Assembly: GCA_038046645.1 (NCBI GenBank) | Contig: JBBSVU010000006.1 | Location: forward strand, 1 to 64,000 | Reading direction: 5' to 3' | DNA from: an archaeon | GTDB lineage: Archaea > Iainarchaeota > Iainarchaeia > Iainarchaeales > 0-14-0-20-34-12 | Length of the DNA stretch: 64,000 nucleotides | Shown here: positions 48,738-57,314 of the stretch, one piece after another | Numbering within the stretch: position 1 is the first letter of the stretch | Layout of the letters: each line of letters opens with the position of its first letter | Program-made: the position numbers and the translations under genes | Notes under the pieces: generated by a model | Told to the model about the DNA's origin: nothing | The model's input: the letters and a program-made list of their open reading frames with translations, nothing else | Database searches by the model: none

Positions 48738-49709
48738 CTAAGTTATCAACGAATAATTCAGTTTATGCTCCTTTGTGATTGTTAAAATCTCGCAAGAATC
48801 AATAATATCGGAGAACTTCTCCCTTAGTTCATCCATTATTTTCCTTAGCTCTTCCCTTCCTTTTACCTCAAAATCAAAATGGACATCAGCCAACCCAATC
48901 TCCTGTATTAAATAAATTACATTTGGATGGTTCTCCCCATAACCTACAAAATCCTGCAGCCTTTTTGCAGTAATATTCCTCAATGAAAATATTGCCTTGA
49001 AATAATAAAGCCCGATCTTCTCCAAATTTAATCTAATCCAATGGTGGATTAACCCTATCTTTTCAAGCCTTTTAATCCTATAGCTTACTGCTTCCGGGGT
49101 AATTCCTGCCTCTTTTGCCAATTCCTGCAATGTTGCCCTTGAATTTTTTGATAATTTCAATCCAATTTCAATATCAATTTTATCCAATTCTGCTTTCTCT
49201 GCAGGCACAAAAATATTCCTTGAACTTTCTTTAGGTATTTTCTCCTCAATGAGGTATTTTCTGTTGAAATAACTCAATCTTGTCCTGAAATAAAAAGTTC
49301 TAGCTTTAATCTTTTCCCCAAATTTGTATGTAAATTGCTGCAAAAAATCAAAATAATCTGCAATTGTCTTCCATCTAGTATTTATTAATAAATCCCAATG
49401 GCCTTCAGTTGAAACAACCCAGCTAACGTTATTGCTTTCTTTAAAATAATTTATTATTTGATTTTCATCTTCTTTTGTTGCTCCCTTGAATTTGAATAAG
49501 ATTGCATAGTCTGTGTAACCCAATGCCCCAATATTCCATGTTGTAATAAACTCTTCAATTATCCCTCTTTCTAACATCCTTTCAATCCTGAATTTCACTA
49601 CTTGTTTGCTTAACCCTACTTTTTTTGCTATTTCTGAATATGATTTCCTTGAATTTCTATCTAATTCAAATAAAATCTTGCGGTCCTTCAAATCTAGTTC
49701 ATATGCCAT
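48738..49709 (-). CDS. tandem Lrp/AsnC-family transcriptional regulator
   Basis: Two LD..D..I...L..NSR HTH-RAM units. Confidence 0.9.
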   Translation of the reverse strand: MAYELDLKDRKILFELDRNSRKSYSEIAKKVGLSKQVVKFRIERMLERGIIEEFITTWNIGALGYTDYAILFKFKGATKEDENQIINYFKESNNVSWVVSTEGHWDLLINTRWKTIADYFDFLQQFTYKFGEKIKARTFYFRTRLSYFNRKYLIEEKIPKESSRNIFVPAEKAELDKIDIEIGLKLSKNSRATLQELAKEAGITPEAVSYRIKRLEKIGLIHHWIRLNLEKIGLYYFKAIFSLRNITAKRLQDFVGYGENHPNVIYLIQEIGLADVHFDFEVKGREELRKIMDELREKFSDIIDSCEILTITKEHKLNYSLIT

Positions 49710-49804
49710 ATATATAACTATCCTAAATAGTTATATTTAATTATTTTGTTTTGACAAAAAATTGACTACTAATGTATTTCTTTTACAAAAGCAATATGTT
49801 CTAT

Positions 49805-50161
49805 ATGGGTGAGTATTTTTTCAGGTTTTTGTCAGAGCTGCTTTCATTTAATTTTACTTGGATTATTGATGCTGCTTTGCTTAACCTGCAATGGGTTTTT
49901 GTTTTCGCTTTGTTTGCTTTTTTCCTTATTGGGGAAAAGAATTTGCTGAAAAATACTTTTTTTGTTTTCTTTTACTTGTTTGCGTTCACTTCCATAATCC
50001 TTTTTATTGGCTGGAGCTTTGGTGCATTGTACCTCTTCTGCAATTTTATACTCCAGTGCTTTATAAGAATTTTCATTCCGAACAGCAAGTATTTTTACCA
50101 AATTCTAGCTTCCAGCATTTACTGTTTGATTGGATTTTTAAGCCTGGGCGGTTTTTTATGA
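49805..50161 (+). CDS. small multi-pass membrane protein (cassette 2, protein A; start could be 49772 or 49796)
   Basis: FNFTWIIDAALLNLQWVFVF aligns with FDIIWFVDLLLANLHWAFAF of 35677. Confidence 0.75.
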   Translation: MGEYFFRFLSELLSFNFTWIIDAALLNLQWVFVFALFAFFLIGEKNLLKNTFFVFFYLFAFTSIILFIGWSFGALYLFCNFILQCFIRIFIPNSKYFYQILASSIYCLIGFLSLGGFL

Positions 50162-50325
50162 TAAAACAATTCCTAAAAGCAGTGAACATTTCAATTTCCC
50201 TGCTCATATTATTTTTCATATTGGGCCTTTTTGGGTTTCAATTAGTCTCTCCCCAAACATTTTCCTTGTCAGGCCTGGCAGTTTTTATTACCGTGGCTTA
50301 CTGTGAGGTTTTGTTTGGGATTTGA
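50158..50325 (+). CDS. 55-aa two-helix membrane protein (cassette 2, protein B)
   Basis: ATGA overlap; FSLSGLAVFITVAYCEVLF aligns with FTPFGFLLTAGVAFVEMTF of 36036. Confidence 0.7.
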   Translation: MIKQFLKAVNISISLLILFFILGLFGFQLVSPQTFSLSGLAVFITVAYCEVLFGI

Positions 50326-50415
50326 TTAAAAACAAAATTTATAGTAATTAAAATTTTAGTATGAGCTTGCTTTTGTTATCAGTTATTCCCATTTATAAAG
50401 GATTTCTACAGAGCT

Positions 50416-50487
50416 CCTTCAAACTATTAAACTATTTTTTTATTAATACTTATTCGATACTCTATCACACCTTTAGGTGTGGGTTCC
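50416..50487. mobile_element. partial second copy of the IS200/IS605-derived miniature element
   Basis: 72-bp inverted match to 10836-10907 with 3 mismatches, two of them compensatory in the hairpin. Confidence 0.75.
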
Positions 50488-50522
50488 CATACGCTTTGAC
50501 TAGCTATAACTGTCTTTTCAAA

Positions 50523-51062
50523 CTACCAACTTATGACTATTACTGCAGGGCCTTCAAATACTTCTGTTCCAATAGTAATTCTTATGCTGCCTGTCGTATC
50601 TTCAGGATTACTGCTTTGAGTTAACATTACTTCAATGGGCTTTGTTATCCAAGAAATGTTTCCTGTTGGGTTTGCTGTGAATTCCAAGGTTCCTTCTAAT
50701 TGATTGTATAGGCCAGTTTTAGCTGTTTTCCAATGAACTTTCTTTCCATCCTTTACTGAAGACAGATTTCCATTACCTTTGAGCCATACATTGTAATATA
50801 TATCTGTCATTGTAACAAATTTTCCACCGCCACTGATATCGATTGTTTTTCCTCCACTAGTAAGGTCTGTGGCAGAAAAACTAAACGTGCGAATGGCTGT
50901 CCAATCAGATTTGTTGTTCAATATAGCTGTCGTGAGCAGGGTAGTAGTGTTGTTCAAGTTTATTGTTGTTATTGTCAAAACAACTAAGAGTGCAAGCGTT
51001 AGCACAATTACTGCGGCAAGATGTACCTTTCTTTCATCCCAAAACATAACTTTTTCTTCCAT
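50523..51062 (-). CDS. hypothetical membrane-anchored/secreted beta-rich protein
   Basis: N-terminal hydrophobic helix; T/G/S-rich body. Confidence 0.75.
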   Translation of the reverse strand: MEEKVMFWDERKVHLAAVIVLTLALLVVLTITTINLNNTTTLLTTAILNNKSDWTAIRTFSFSATDLTSGGKTIDISGGGKFVTMTDIYYNVWLKGNGNLSSVKDGKKVHWKTAKTGLYNQLEGTLEFTANPTGNISWITKPIEVMLTQSSNPEDTTGSIRITIGTEVFEGPAVIVISW

Positions 51063-51173
51063 ATGTTAATTATTAAAGTTTTCAAGTATTTAAAACCAAT
51101 GCTTTAGTTCGTTGATAACTTTAAACCAAAACCTTCTTCTTTTAGGATTTCTAATTCTGCTTCTCATTTTGAA

Positions 51174-51331
51174 TGCAGCCGACGGGATTCGAACCCGTGT
51201 CAAGACCTATCCTCATTTTTTAAATATCCAAAATTCTTTTCTTTGGATAATACCTAGACTTTCTTTTCTTTCTAAGAAAAGAAAGGCTTGGTTTTGGAAG
51301 GGTCTGATGCTAACCACTACACAACGGCTGC
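51174..51331 (-). tRNA. tRNA-Gly(TCC) with an 86-nt intron at 37/38 (51209-51294)
   Basis: GCAGCCG/CGGCTGC acceptor stem, AGACC/GGTCT anticodon stem, CTTC/GAGG BHB helix. Confidence 0.88.
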
Positions 51332-51490
51332 TTTTAGAGCATATACAACATTCCTTAATGCTATTTTTATTACTTTCCATTCTTTCGAGTACTGAGTATT
51401 ATCCACGCAGGGATAAACCAATGAACAATATATTTTTATTTACTCAATACCTGTTCCATATAGTTATTGGGAGTAATAAGGGGATTATAG

Positions 51491-52120
51491 ATGAAAGGCG
51501 CTTTTATAGTATTTGAAGGATTAGATGGCTCGGGAAAAGGCACAATGCTTGCTAGGGCTGCGGATTATTTATTTAATGAATATAAGTCATTTGACCGCTT
51601 GATGATAACAAGGGAACCAACCTATTCTGGCACAGGAAAACAGATAAGGAAAATGCTGCAGCAAAGCGATTCGCCAATGAGCGATGCAAAGAGATTATTG
51701 CAATTATATTTAGATGATAGAAAAGACCATTTGGAATTTTTAAGGCCTTTAATAAACAAAAATTGTGTCATACTTTGCGACCGTTATAAATATTCAACTT
51801 TAGCATACCAGCAAACACAGGGAATTCCATTAGATAGCATTGTAAAATTACATGAAAAAATGTTGGTTCCTGACATTGTTTTCTTTTTGGATGTTTCTCC
51901 AGCAGTTGCATTGCAGAGGATTAAAGAAAGCAGGTCTTCAACAGAAAAATTCGAAAAGGAATTCTTCTTTGAGGAATTAAGAAGTAATTATTTAAAACTT
52001 CCAAGCCTTTTACCAAATGAAAACATAAAAATAATTGATGCAAACAGGTCAAAGGATGAAGTTTTTGAGCAGATAAAGTCTCATTTGGATATTTTCTTTA
52101 AAAGCAAAATGTCTGAGTAG
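51491..52120 (+). CDS. tmk: thymidylate kinase
   Basis: FEGLDGSGKGT, TREP and CDRYKYSTLAYQ motifs. Confidence 0.95.
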   Translation: MKGAFIVFEGLDGSGKGTMLARAADYLFNEYKSFDRLMITREPTYSGTGKQIRKMLQQSDSPMSDAKRLLQLYLDDRKDHLEFLRPLINKNCVILCDRYKYSTLAYQQTQGIPLDSIVKLHEKMLVPDIVFFLDVSPAVALQRIKESRSSTEKFEKEFFFEELRSNYLKLPSLLPNENIKIIDANRSKDEVFEQIKSHLDIFFKSKMSE

Positions 52121-52163
52121 CAGCATGTTTCCTAAAAACAAATAAAGGACAAAAGGTGATTTT

Positions 52164-53210
52164 GTGAATATTTCAGAAGCAATTAATTTCTCTATTTTTT
52201 CCTGGATAAGGAAGAAGGAATTTTTTAGCAAAGCATTGCCTTTTTGGGTTTCATTCATTGTTTTTTATGCACTTCTTATTGCATTTGTCCTATACTTCTT
52301 TGCGGATTTATTCTCCGCCTTGGCATCCAACACCTTTGAACAGTACCTTCTTACTTTATTTAAGCCAGCCTATCTTTCAGAATTCCTAGGCAAGATGTTC
52401 CTGGCAATATTCCTTATCCTGATTATAGTTGTTTTATTCTGCGTTGCCATTAATTATTTTTATTTCAAGCTTTTGCAATATGCATTAACCCAAAAAGGGG
52501 TAAAATCGCAGAATCTAACCATAAATCTTTTCATAAGGCTTTTTATCCTTCAAATCCTTGCCTTTTTTGCCTTATTATTTTACCCTCAAGACAAAAAGCT
52601 TTTAGCTATACAATGGCTTAGCCTTATTCTTTTCGTTTTTGCCATACTTTTTAGTTCATTAACCCCCGTTGTTGCAATATTTGGCCTTTGCATATTGCCG
52701 TATGCCCTTCTTGTAATCCATAATGCCATACGGTATTCACAAACAGTAACCTGCATGCTTGTTGGTAATTCATCCTATTCAGAATCATTGAAAAATTCTT
52801 GGAATCTTACTGAGAATAGGTTCTGGGAAATACTTTTTACCCAATTTGTTGTCCTTATCGTGATGGCTTTGCTTTTGGCAGGGCTAAGCTTTGTGTTATC
52901 TGCAATTGTGAACATTATCTTAGTATTAGCGGTTCAAAATGAGGTTATCCGCTATATTATTTCTGATTCCTTCTCCAATATTGTATTTGCACCAGTAGGC
53001 TATTTTGTCCAGGCTTTTCTTTTAGCTTTCATATATTCAAACCTTATTTCGGGAAAAGGCAACCTTTGCTGTGCTGGGGAAAAATCTGAAAAAGAACCCA
53101 GTGAAGAAATCGCTAAAACAGAGGAACATAAAGAAAAGAAAGCTGTTCCTAAGGCTGAAGCAAAAAAGGCTAATTTAACAAAAAATTCAAAACTCAAAAC
53201 TAAAAAATAG
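52164..53210 (+). CDS. hypothetical polytopic membrane protein
   Basis: Multiple TM helices; ESLKNSWNLTENRFW; GGTGA RBS. Confidence 0.8.
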   Translation: MNISEAINFSIFSWIRKKEFFSKALPFWVSFIVFYALLIAFVLYFFADLFSALASNTFEQYLLTLFKPAYLSEFLGKMFLAIFLILIIVVLFCVAINYFYFKLLQYALTQKGVKSQNLTINLFIRLFILQILAFFALLFYPQDKKLLAIQWLSLILFVFAILFSSLTPVVAIFGLCILPYALLVIHNAIRYSQTVTCMLVGNSSYSESLKNSWNLTENRFWEILFTQFVVLIVMALLLAGLSFVLSAIVNIILVLAVQNEVIRYIISDSFSNIVFAPVGYFVQAFLLAFIYSNLISGKGNLCCAGEKSEKEPSEEIAKTEEHKEKKAVPKAEAKKANLTKNSKLKTKK

Positions 53211-53212
53211 AG

Positions 53213-53285
53213 TGCGGCCACCGGGAATCGAACCCGGCTCCCAACCTTGGCAAGGTTGAATCATCAGCCAATAGACCATGGCCGC
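53213..53285 (-). tRNA. tRNA-Gly(GCC)
   Basis: GCGGCCA/TGGCCGC acceptor stem; CAACC-TTGCCAA-GGTTG anticodon arm. Confidence 0.93.
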
Positions 53286-53321
53286 ATTTTTTACTAACTA
53301 AATAAATTCCTTGAAATAGTA

Positions 53322-53498
53322 TTAAAAACTAATTCTTTTGCTCTTCAGTTCCTTCTTTAGGTTGTGTTTTATCACTGGATCAGTAGTTGTTTCAAGCAAT
53401 TGCCTTACATCGTCAGGGCTAACCTCAACAGTCCTGAATACCAATTCTCCGTTTTGCCCTGTTACTAACATATCGATTTTGACCTTCTTGTTTGCCAT
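53322..53498 (-). CDS. 58-aa hypothetical protein
   Basis: MANKKVKIDMLVTGQNGELVFRTVEVSPDDVRQLLETTTDPVIKHNLKKELKSKRISF; protein-like composition; below the ORF-track cutoff. Confidence 0.6.
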   Translation of the reverse strand: MANKKVKIDMLVTGQNGELVFRTVEVSPDDVRQLLETTTDPVIKHNLKKELKSKRISF

Positions 53499-53624
53499 AC
53501 ATTAAAAGTATGCCTTTGTTTAATAAAATGCTTTTGAATGGCTTGAACTGATATTCAGTTGTGCCTTATTGCAAAAAATTATCTAGGATTACCCTTTTTA
53601 TTAACAATTAGACATTTACTTATT

Positions 53625-54602
53625 ATGCGTTATTTTACAATAGTTTTGATTTTGATTGTATTTACCCTGCTAGCAGCAACAGCAAGCGCTAAATATTCTT
53701 CAAAAGACTGTTTTTTCAAAGAACATAAATTAAAAATAATCAAACCGCTTTCCTTGGCAAAGGACAACCTTTTAGTTAATGCTATCAATAAAAAAATTAC
53801 CCCAATTAATATTTCATTATGCAATTTATCCAATTTTATCGAAAGAAAAACACCGCCAGAAGTTATTGCAACATACTCAGCTGTTTTGCTAAAAGGAAAG
53901 CCAACAATTAAGGTAGATATTGAGTATTCAAAAAAAATTTCCAAAAAAGAAAATTCACAGAATAAAATCTATCGCCTTTATATTGATCCAGTAACTGCCA
54001 ATATTACTCTAATAAAATACCAGTCAAGGTTAGTTAGAAAGGCGTATTCAAGGTATGCTGCAAATTATTTCCTTTCTGACCGCGATTTGAACCTTTTAAA
54101 ATATTTAATCATGCCAAAAACCGCTATTTTTGCGAAATATTTTAACGAATCTAAATCTACAGATGAAGCATCACCAGAGCAAGCAATGCCACAAGATGAT
54201 TATTTTGAATTCCCGCAAGATGCTAACATATTACAGGGAGATGGGATACACCCAAGTGCCTCAGGGACAAAGGTAATCGCAAACAATAATGTTGCAATTC
54301 AATTCAACAAAATAGCCATAATAGGCGATTCACAGATATCCTTGCTTTTTGACATTTATATCGGTGAGGAAAAACTGAATATTATGCCATTGATTATTTC
54401 AGGCAGCATCTTTTCATTTGAAGGCAAATTCTATGGCTTGAAGGTGAATGTGGATAAAAGCTATCAGGTGCAAGGCATTCCACTTAAGCAAATTGTCAAA
54501 TTAATTAAAAATTCAAACTATATTTCCATTGAAATTTCCTCGCTTATTTCTGAGAAGGTTACATCCTGTGCAATTTTACAACAAATGTTTAGAAAAAAAT
54601 GA
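53625..54602 (+). CDS. secreted hypothetical protein (possibly the N-terminal part of a split gene)
   Basis: Signal peptide MRYFTIVLILIVFTLLAATASA. Confidence 0.7.
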   Translation: MRYFTIVLILIVFTLLAATASAKYSSKDCFFKEHKLKIIKPLSLAKDNLLVNAINKKITPINISLCNLSNFIERKTPPEVIATYSAVLLKGKPTIKVDIEYSKKISKKENSQNKIYRLYIDPVTANITLIKYQSRLVRKAYSRYAANYFLSDRDLNLLKYLIMPKTAIFAKYFNESKSTDEASPEQAMPQDDYFEFPQDANILQGDGIHPSASGTKVIANNNVAIQFNKIAIIGDSQISLLFDIYIGEEKLNIMPLIISGSIFSFEGKFYGLKVNVDKSYQVQGIPLKQIVKLIKNSNYISIEISSLISEKVTSCAILQQMFRKK

Positions 54603-55812
54603 TGCAATGTCCTGCAGCTTAATATGCCCAAATATGCCTTTAAATAACCAGGAAAAAATAACAACAGAAAACATTAATTTCTTTTTTTCACAAACATTTG
54701 ATGCAGCATTGAAAGAATCAGTTCAAGCGGCCTTTGCAGAGTGTTATCCTAAGGTAAAGAATTATCTCCAAATTATGCCATATTCAAAATTAAATGTTAA
54801 AGCATATTCCAAGCAAGATTGCCCTGACTGCACTTATTATGTCACAAATATCGGTGGAATTGATTTAACCTTGTATGAACAACAAGAATGCGGTGAAACA
54901 TTTGCCCATGAGCTTACCCATTATTTTAATTATGCCAGCTCTCTTTCCCCTAATATTCTTGAAGAAGGCAGAGCAGTATTTATTTCAAAAGACATTGTTT
55001 CTGAAAATCAGGGGATGCAATCAAGCAAGGGCATAGATTGCTTGGCTGATTCATGGAAATATTCAGGGGAAAAGCCATTATCTGAAAAGATTGGGGAAGA
55101 GACCGTTTGTGTTAATAATGCTACATCCAATTGCGGCAAAAAAACACTTTGGCAGATCGTAAATACCCCAGTATCTTTACTGACAAAAACATTTTCTAAT
55201 GGTTACACCTTGAAGGTACAGGATTATTCATCCAATAAATTATCTTTTGACCTTTTTGATGAAGCAAATCAATTTTTGGAAAATGTAACATTAAAGCCAT
55301 TGGAGTTTTTTGAAGGAAATAATTTCTTAGTCCATTTCGGCAAAATTATTACCCCATCTCCAATAAATCAGCAAATAGTACTGTTATTGATGCTTGATGA
55401 TTATAATTTACAGTGCTTTGTTGAAAATAAGCAGCAGTGCAATGTAAAAGCATCAAGCTGGCCGGAGAATAAATTTGCAAAGCTTGAAGAAGCGACATAT
55501 TCAATCAATTCTTTGAATACTGGATATTGTTTCTTCAAAGCCCTTAATTCTTTAAGTGCGGGCATTGTTAAAGCGTTATCTGAAAAAATGGCGTCTTCAA
55601 GAAATGACTTCAAGGTATTCTGCACTGAAGATTTTCTTAAAACAAAGATTCAGCCATCAGATTTAAACATATTAAAGCAAAAATACGGCCTTGAAACTTA
55701 TATTGACCAATGCAAATTTTCAGCAATCCCGGCAGCACTTTTAGGCTGCCCAATGAACCTTGGATGTTACAGCTATTATGACCCTGTACAAGGTTGGGTT
55801 AATATTGAATAA
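54529..55812 (+). CDS. Cys-rich gluzincin-like metallopeptidase domain protein
   Basis: AHELTH followed by ILEEGRAVF; overlaps the upstream ORF in another frame. Confidence 0.7.
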   Translation: MKFPRLFLRRLHPVQFYNKCLEKNDAMSCSLICPNMPLNNQEKITTENINFFFSQTFDAALKESVQAAFAECYPKVKNYLQIMPYSKLNVKAYSKQDCPDCTYYVTNIGGIDLTLYEQQECGETFAHELTHYFNYASSLSPNILEEGRAVFISKDIVSENQGMQSSKGIDCLADSWKYSGEKPLSEKIGEETVCVNNATSNCGKKTLWQIVNTPVSLLTKTFSNGYTLKVQDYSSNKLSFDLFDEANQFLENVTLKPLEFFEGNNFLVHFGKIITPSPINQQIVLLLMLDDYNLQCFVENKQQCNVKASSWPENKFAKLEEATYSINSLNTGYCFFKALNSLSAGIVKALSEKMASSRNDFKVFCTEDFLKTKIQPSDLNILKQKYGLETYIDQCKFSAIPAALLGCPMNLGCYSYYDPVQGWVNIE

Positions 55813-55850
55813 TTCAGGGGAAATCTACTCTTCCAAAGCTAATTTAAATG
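55813..55850 (+). promoter_or_regulatory. 27-bp box plus TATA (TTTAAAT), copy 3
   Basis: Identical to 8319-8345 and the reverse complement of 27719-27745. Confidence 0.6.
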
Positions 55851-55869
55851 ATAAAAAGCAACAATAACT

Positions 55870-56658
55870 ATGAATCTTTCTTTGATGTCTATTGAATATT
55901 TAACTAATTCATTGTTAGATCCAAAAGTAATCACAAGAGAAGTAAAAGTCACTAAAAGAGATGCTTACTTTGATTTTATTGTTTATAGGAATGCAAGACG
56001 TTCGAGAATTCCGTTTGAACTTAATTCATCCATTGCATATCTTTGTGGAGTTATTTTAGGGGACGGTAGCATATCACTAATTCATAGGAAAAAAGTAAAT
56101 ACCGTTCTACCTTATACCTTTCTAAAAATATTCAACCAATCATTACCATTCTTACTTCAAATTAATCGCCTTTTTAAAGAAAATTTTGGGACTGAAGGCA
56201 AACTATATAAAAAAAATTATTGTAACTGTTATGTTCTTCAAGTTTCTAATAAAATAGTTTGGTTATATTTTGTTAAACTACTTGGTTTGCCTATTGGTAA
56301 AAAAAGCAACATTAGTATTCCCCGATCTTTATTAAATAAGAATATTTTCAAATATTTTGTTGCAGGTCTAATGGATACTGATGGTTATTTTTCAGAAAAC
56401 TCCTTTGGAATAATGCTTTCTGGATCTAATTTGATTTTTTTGGAGTCAATAAAAAAATATTGCAAGTGCTTTTATGGCATTAATTTTAGAAAAACTAATA
56501 TAAATACTTTAGAAGTTAATGGTAAATTATTTCAAAGAGCGCAGATAACTACTTCTGCGAATTCCATGAATACGTTTAAAGGAATAATTCCCCTATGTCA
56601 TGAAAAATGGGATGGGCCCGGTGAGGATCGAACTCACGAGTTCCACCGTACCCAGTGA
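55870..56658 (+). CDS. free-standing double-motif LAGLIDADG homing endonuclease
   Basis: AYLCGVILGDGSI and YFVAGLMDTDGYF; no intein splice junction recognised. Confidence 0.85.
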   Translation: MNLSLMSIEYLTNSLLDPKVITREVKVTKRDAYFDFIVYRNARRSRIPFELNSSIAYLCGVILGDGSISLIHRKKVNTVLPYTFLKIFNQSLPFLLQINRLFKENFGTEGKLYKKNYCNCYVLQVSNKIVWLYFVKLLGLPIGKKSNISIPRSLLNKNIFKYFVAGLMDTDGYFSENSFGIMLSGSNLIFLESIKKYCKCFYGINFRKTNINTLEVNGKLFQRAQITTSANSMNTFKGIIPLCHEKWDGPGEDRTHEFHRTQ

Positions 56659-56729
56659 TTAAACTTGTAAGGGTTACGCACCCCCCATTTCTGGAAGATT
56701 TGGCGTCCTAACCACTAGACCACGAGCCC
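56613..56729 (-). tRNA. tRNA-Val(TAC) with two introns: 29/30 (56674-56700) and 37/38 (56649-56665)
   Basis: Removing both gives CCACC-CTTACAC-GGTGG; BHB helices ACGC/GCGT and CTTA/TGGG; intron 1 is a GAAA-capped stem. Confidence 0.85.
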
Positions 56730-56830
56730 ATATCATTTTCTTCTTTATTCCAAAGAAGAATGATAGTCCATTATATTATACGAATAGCAATATTTAAATA
56801 TAAAAGTCTTCTATTACTAATAATATTTAT

Positions 56831-57250
56831 ATGATTGGTGGTGTAAAAATGCAAGGCTTAATGAATGTAAGGGTTGCTGGTCAGCAAATTCAGCTGATTA
56901 AGCTAATGGGCGCGTTCGTGATATTTGCTGCAATACTGATGTTTTTCATGGCTGCAGCCGAGATGTTTGAATATTGGGGCAATATCAAAACAATTGACAG
57001 CTGTTTAGGCATTGCAAAAGGGGATGTAGACTTCTTCAAGGAATGCAAAACAATGGCTTTTGAAGCCTTTGGCGTTTTTGTAAAGCCAGACCAGTCTGCC
57101 TTAAATGGCAAGCAGCTTTATATTGTTTTGATTAAACCTGTAGCATCCTTATTCATCTGGATTGCAATTTTAATCCTGGGATTCATAATATATGGTTTGC
57201 CATCAAAGGTAATGGTTCCAGTAAAAAAAGACTTTAAAGTAAAAAAATAG
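56831..57250 (+). CDS. hypothetical two-TM membrane protein
   Basis: Two hydrophobic helices around a Cys-containing loop. Confidence 0.75.
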   Translation: MIGGVKMQGLMNVRVAGQQIQLIKLMGAFVIFAAILMFFMAAAEMFEYWGNIKTIDSCLGIAKGDVDFFKECKTMAFEAFGVFVKPDQSALNGKQLYIVLIKPVASLFIWIAILILGFIIYGLPSKVMVPVKKDFKVKK

Positions 57251-57314
57251 AAAAATAAATTAAAGGGAAGTATTCCTTCCCTCTTTTTCAAATTTTAATT
57301 TTTAGTTGTCGCTT

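Noticed and set aside
49891..50157. N-terminal part of the 144-aa ORF 49891-50325
   Set aside because: It overlaps protein A2 out of frame; only the portion from 50158 has a paralogue and a coupled start.
51112..51516. 134-aa + strand ORF
   Set aside because: It is a shadow of the intron-containing tRNA-Gly on the opposite strand.
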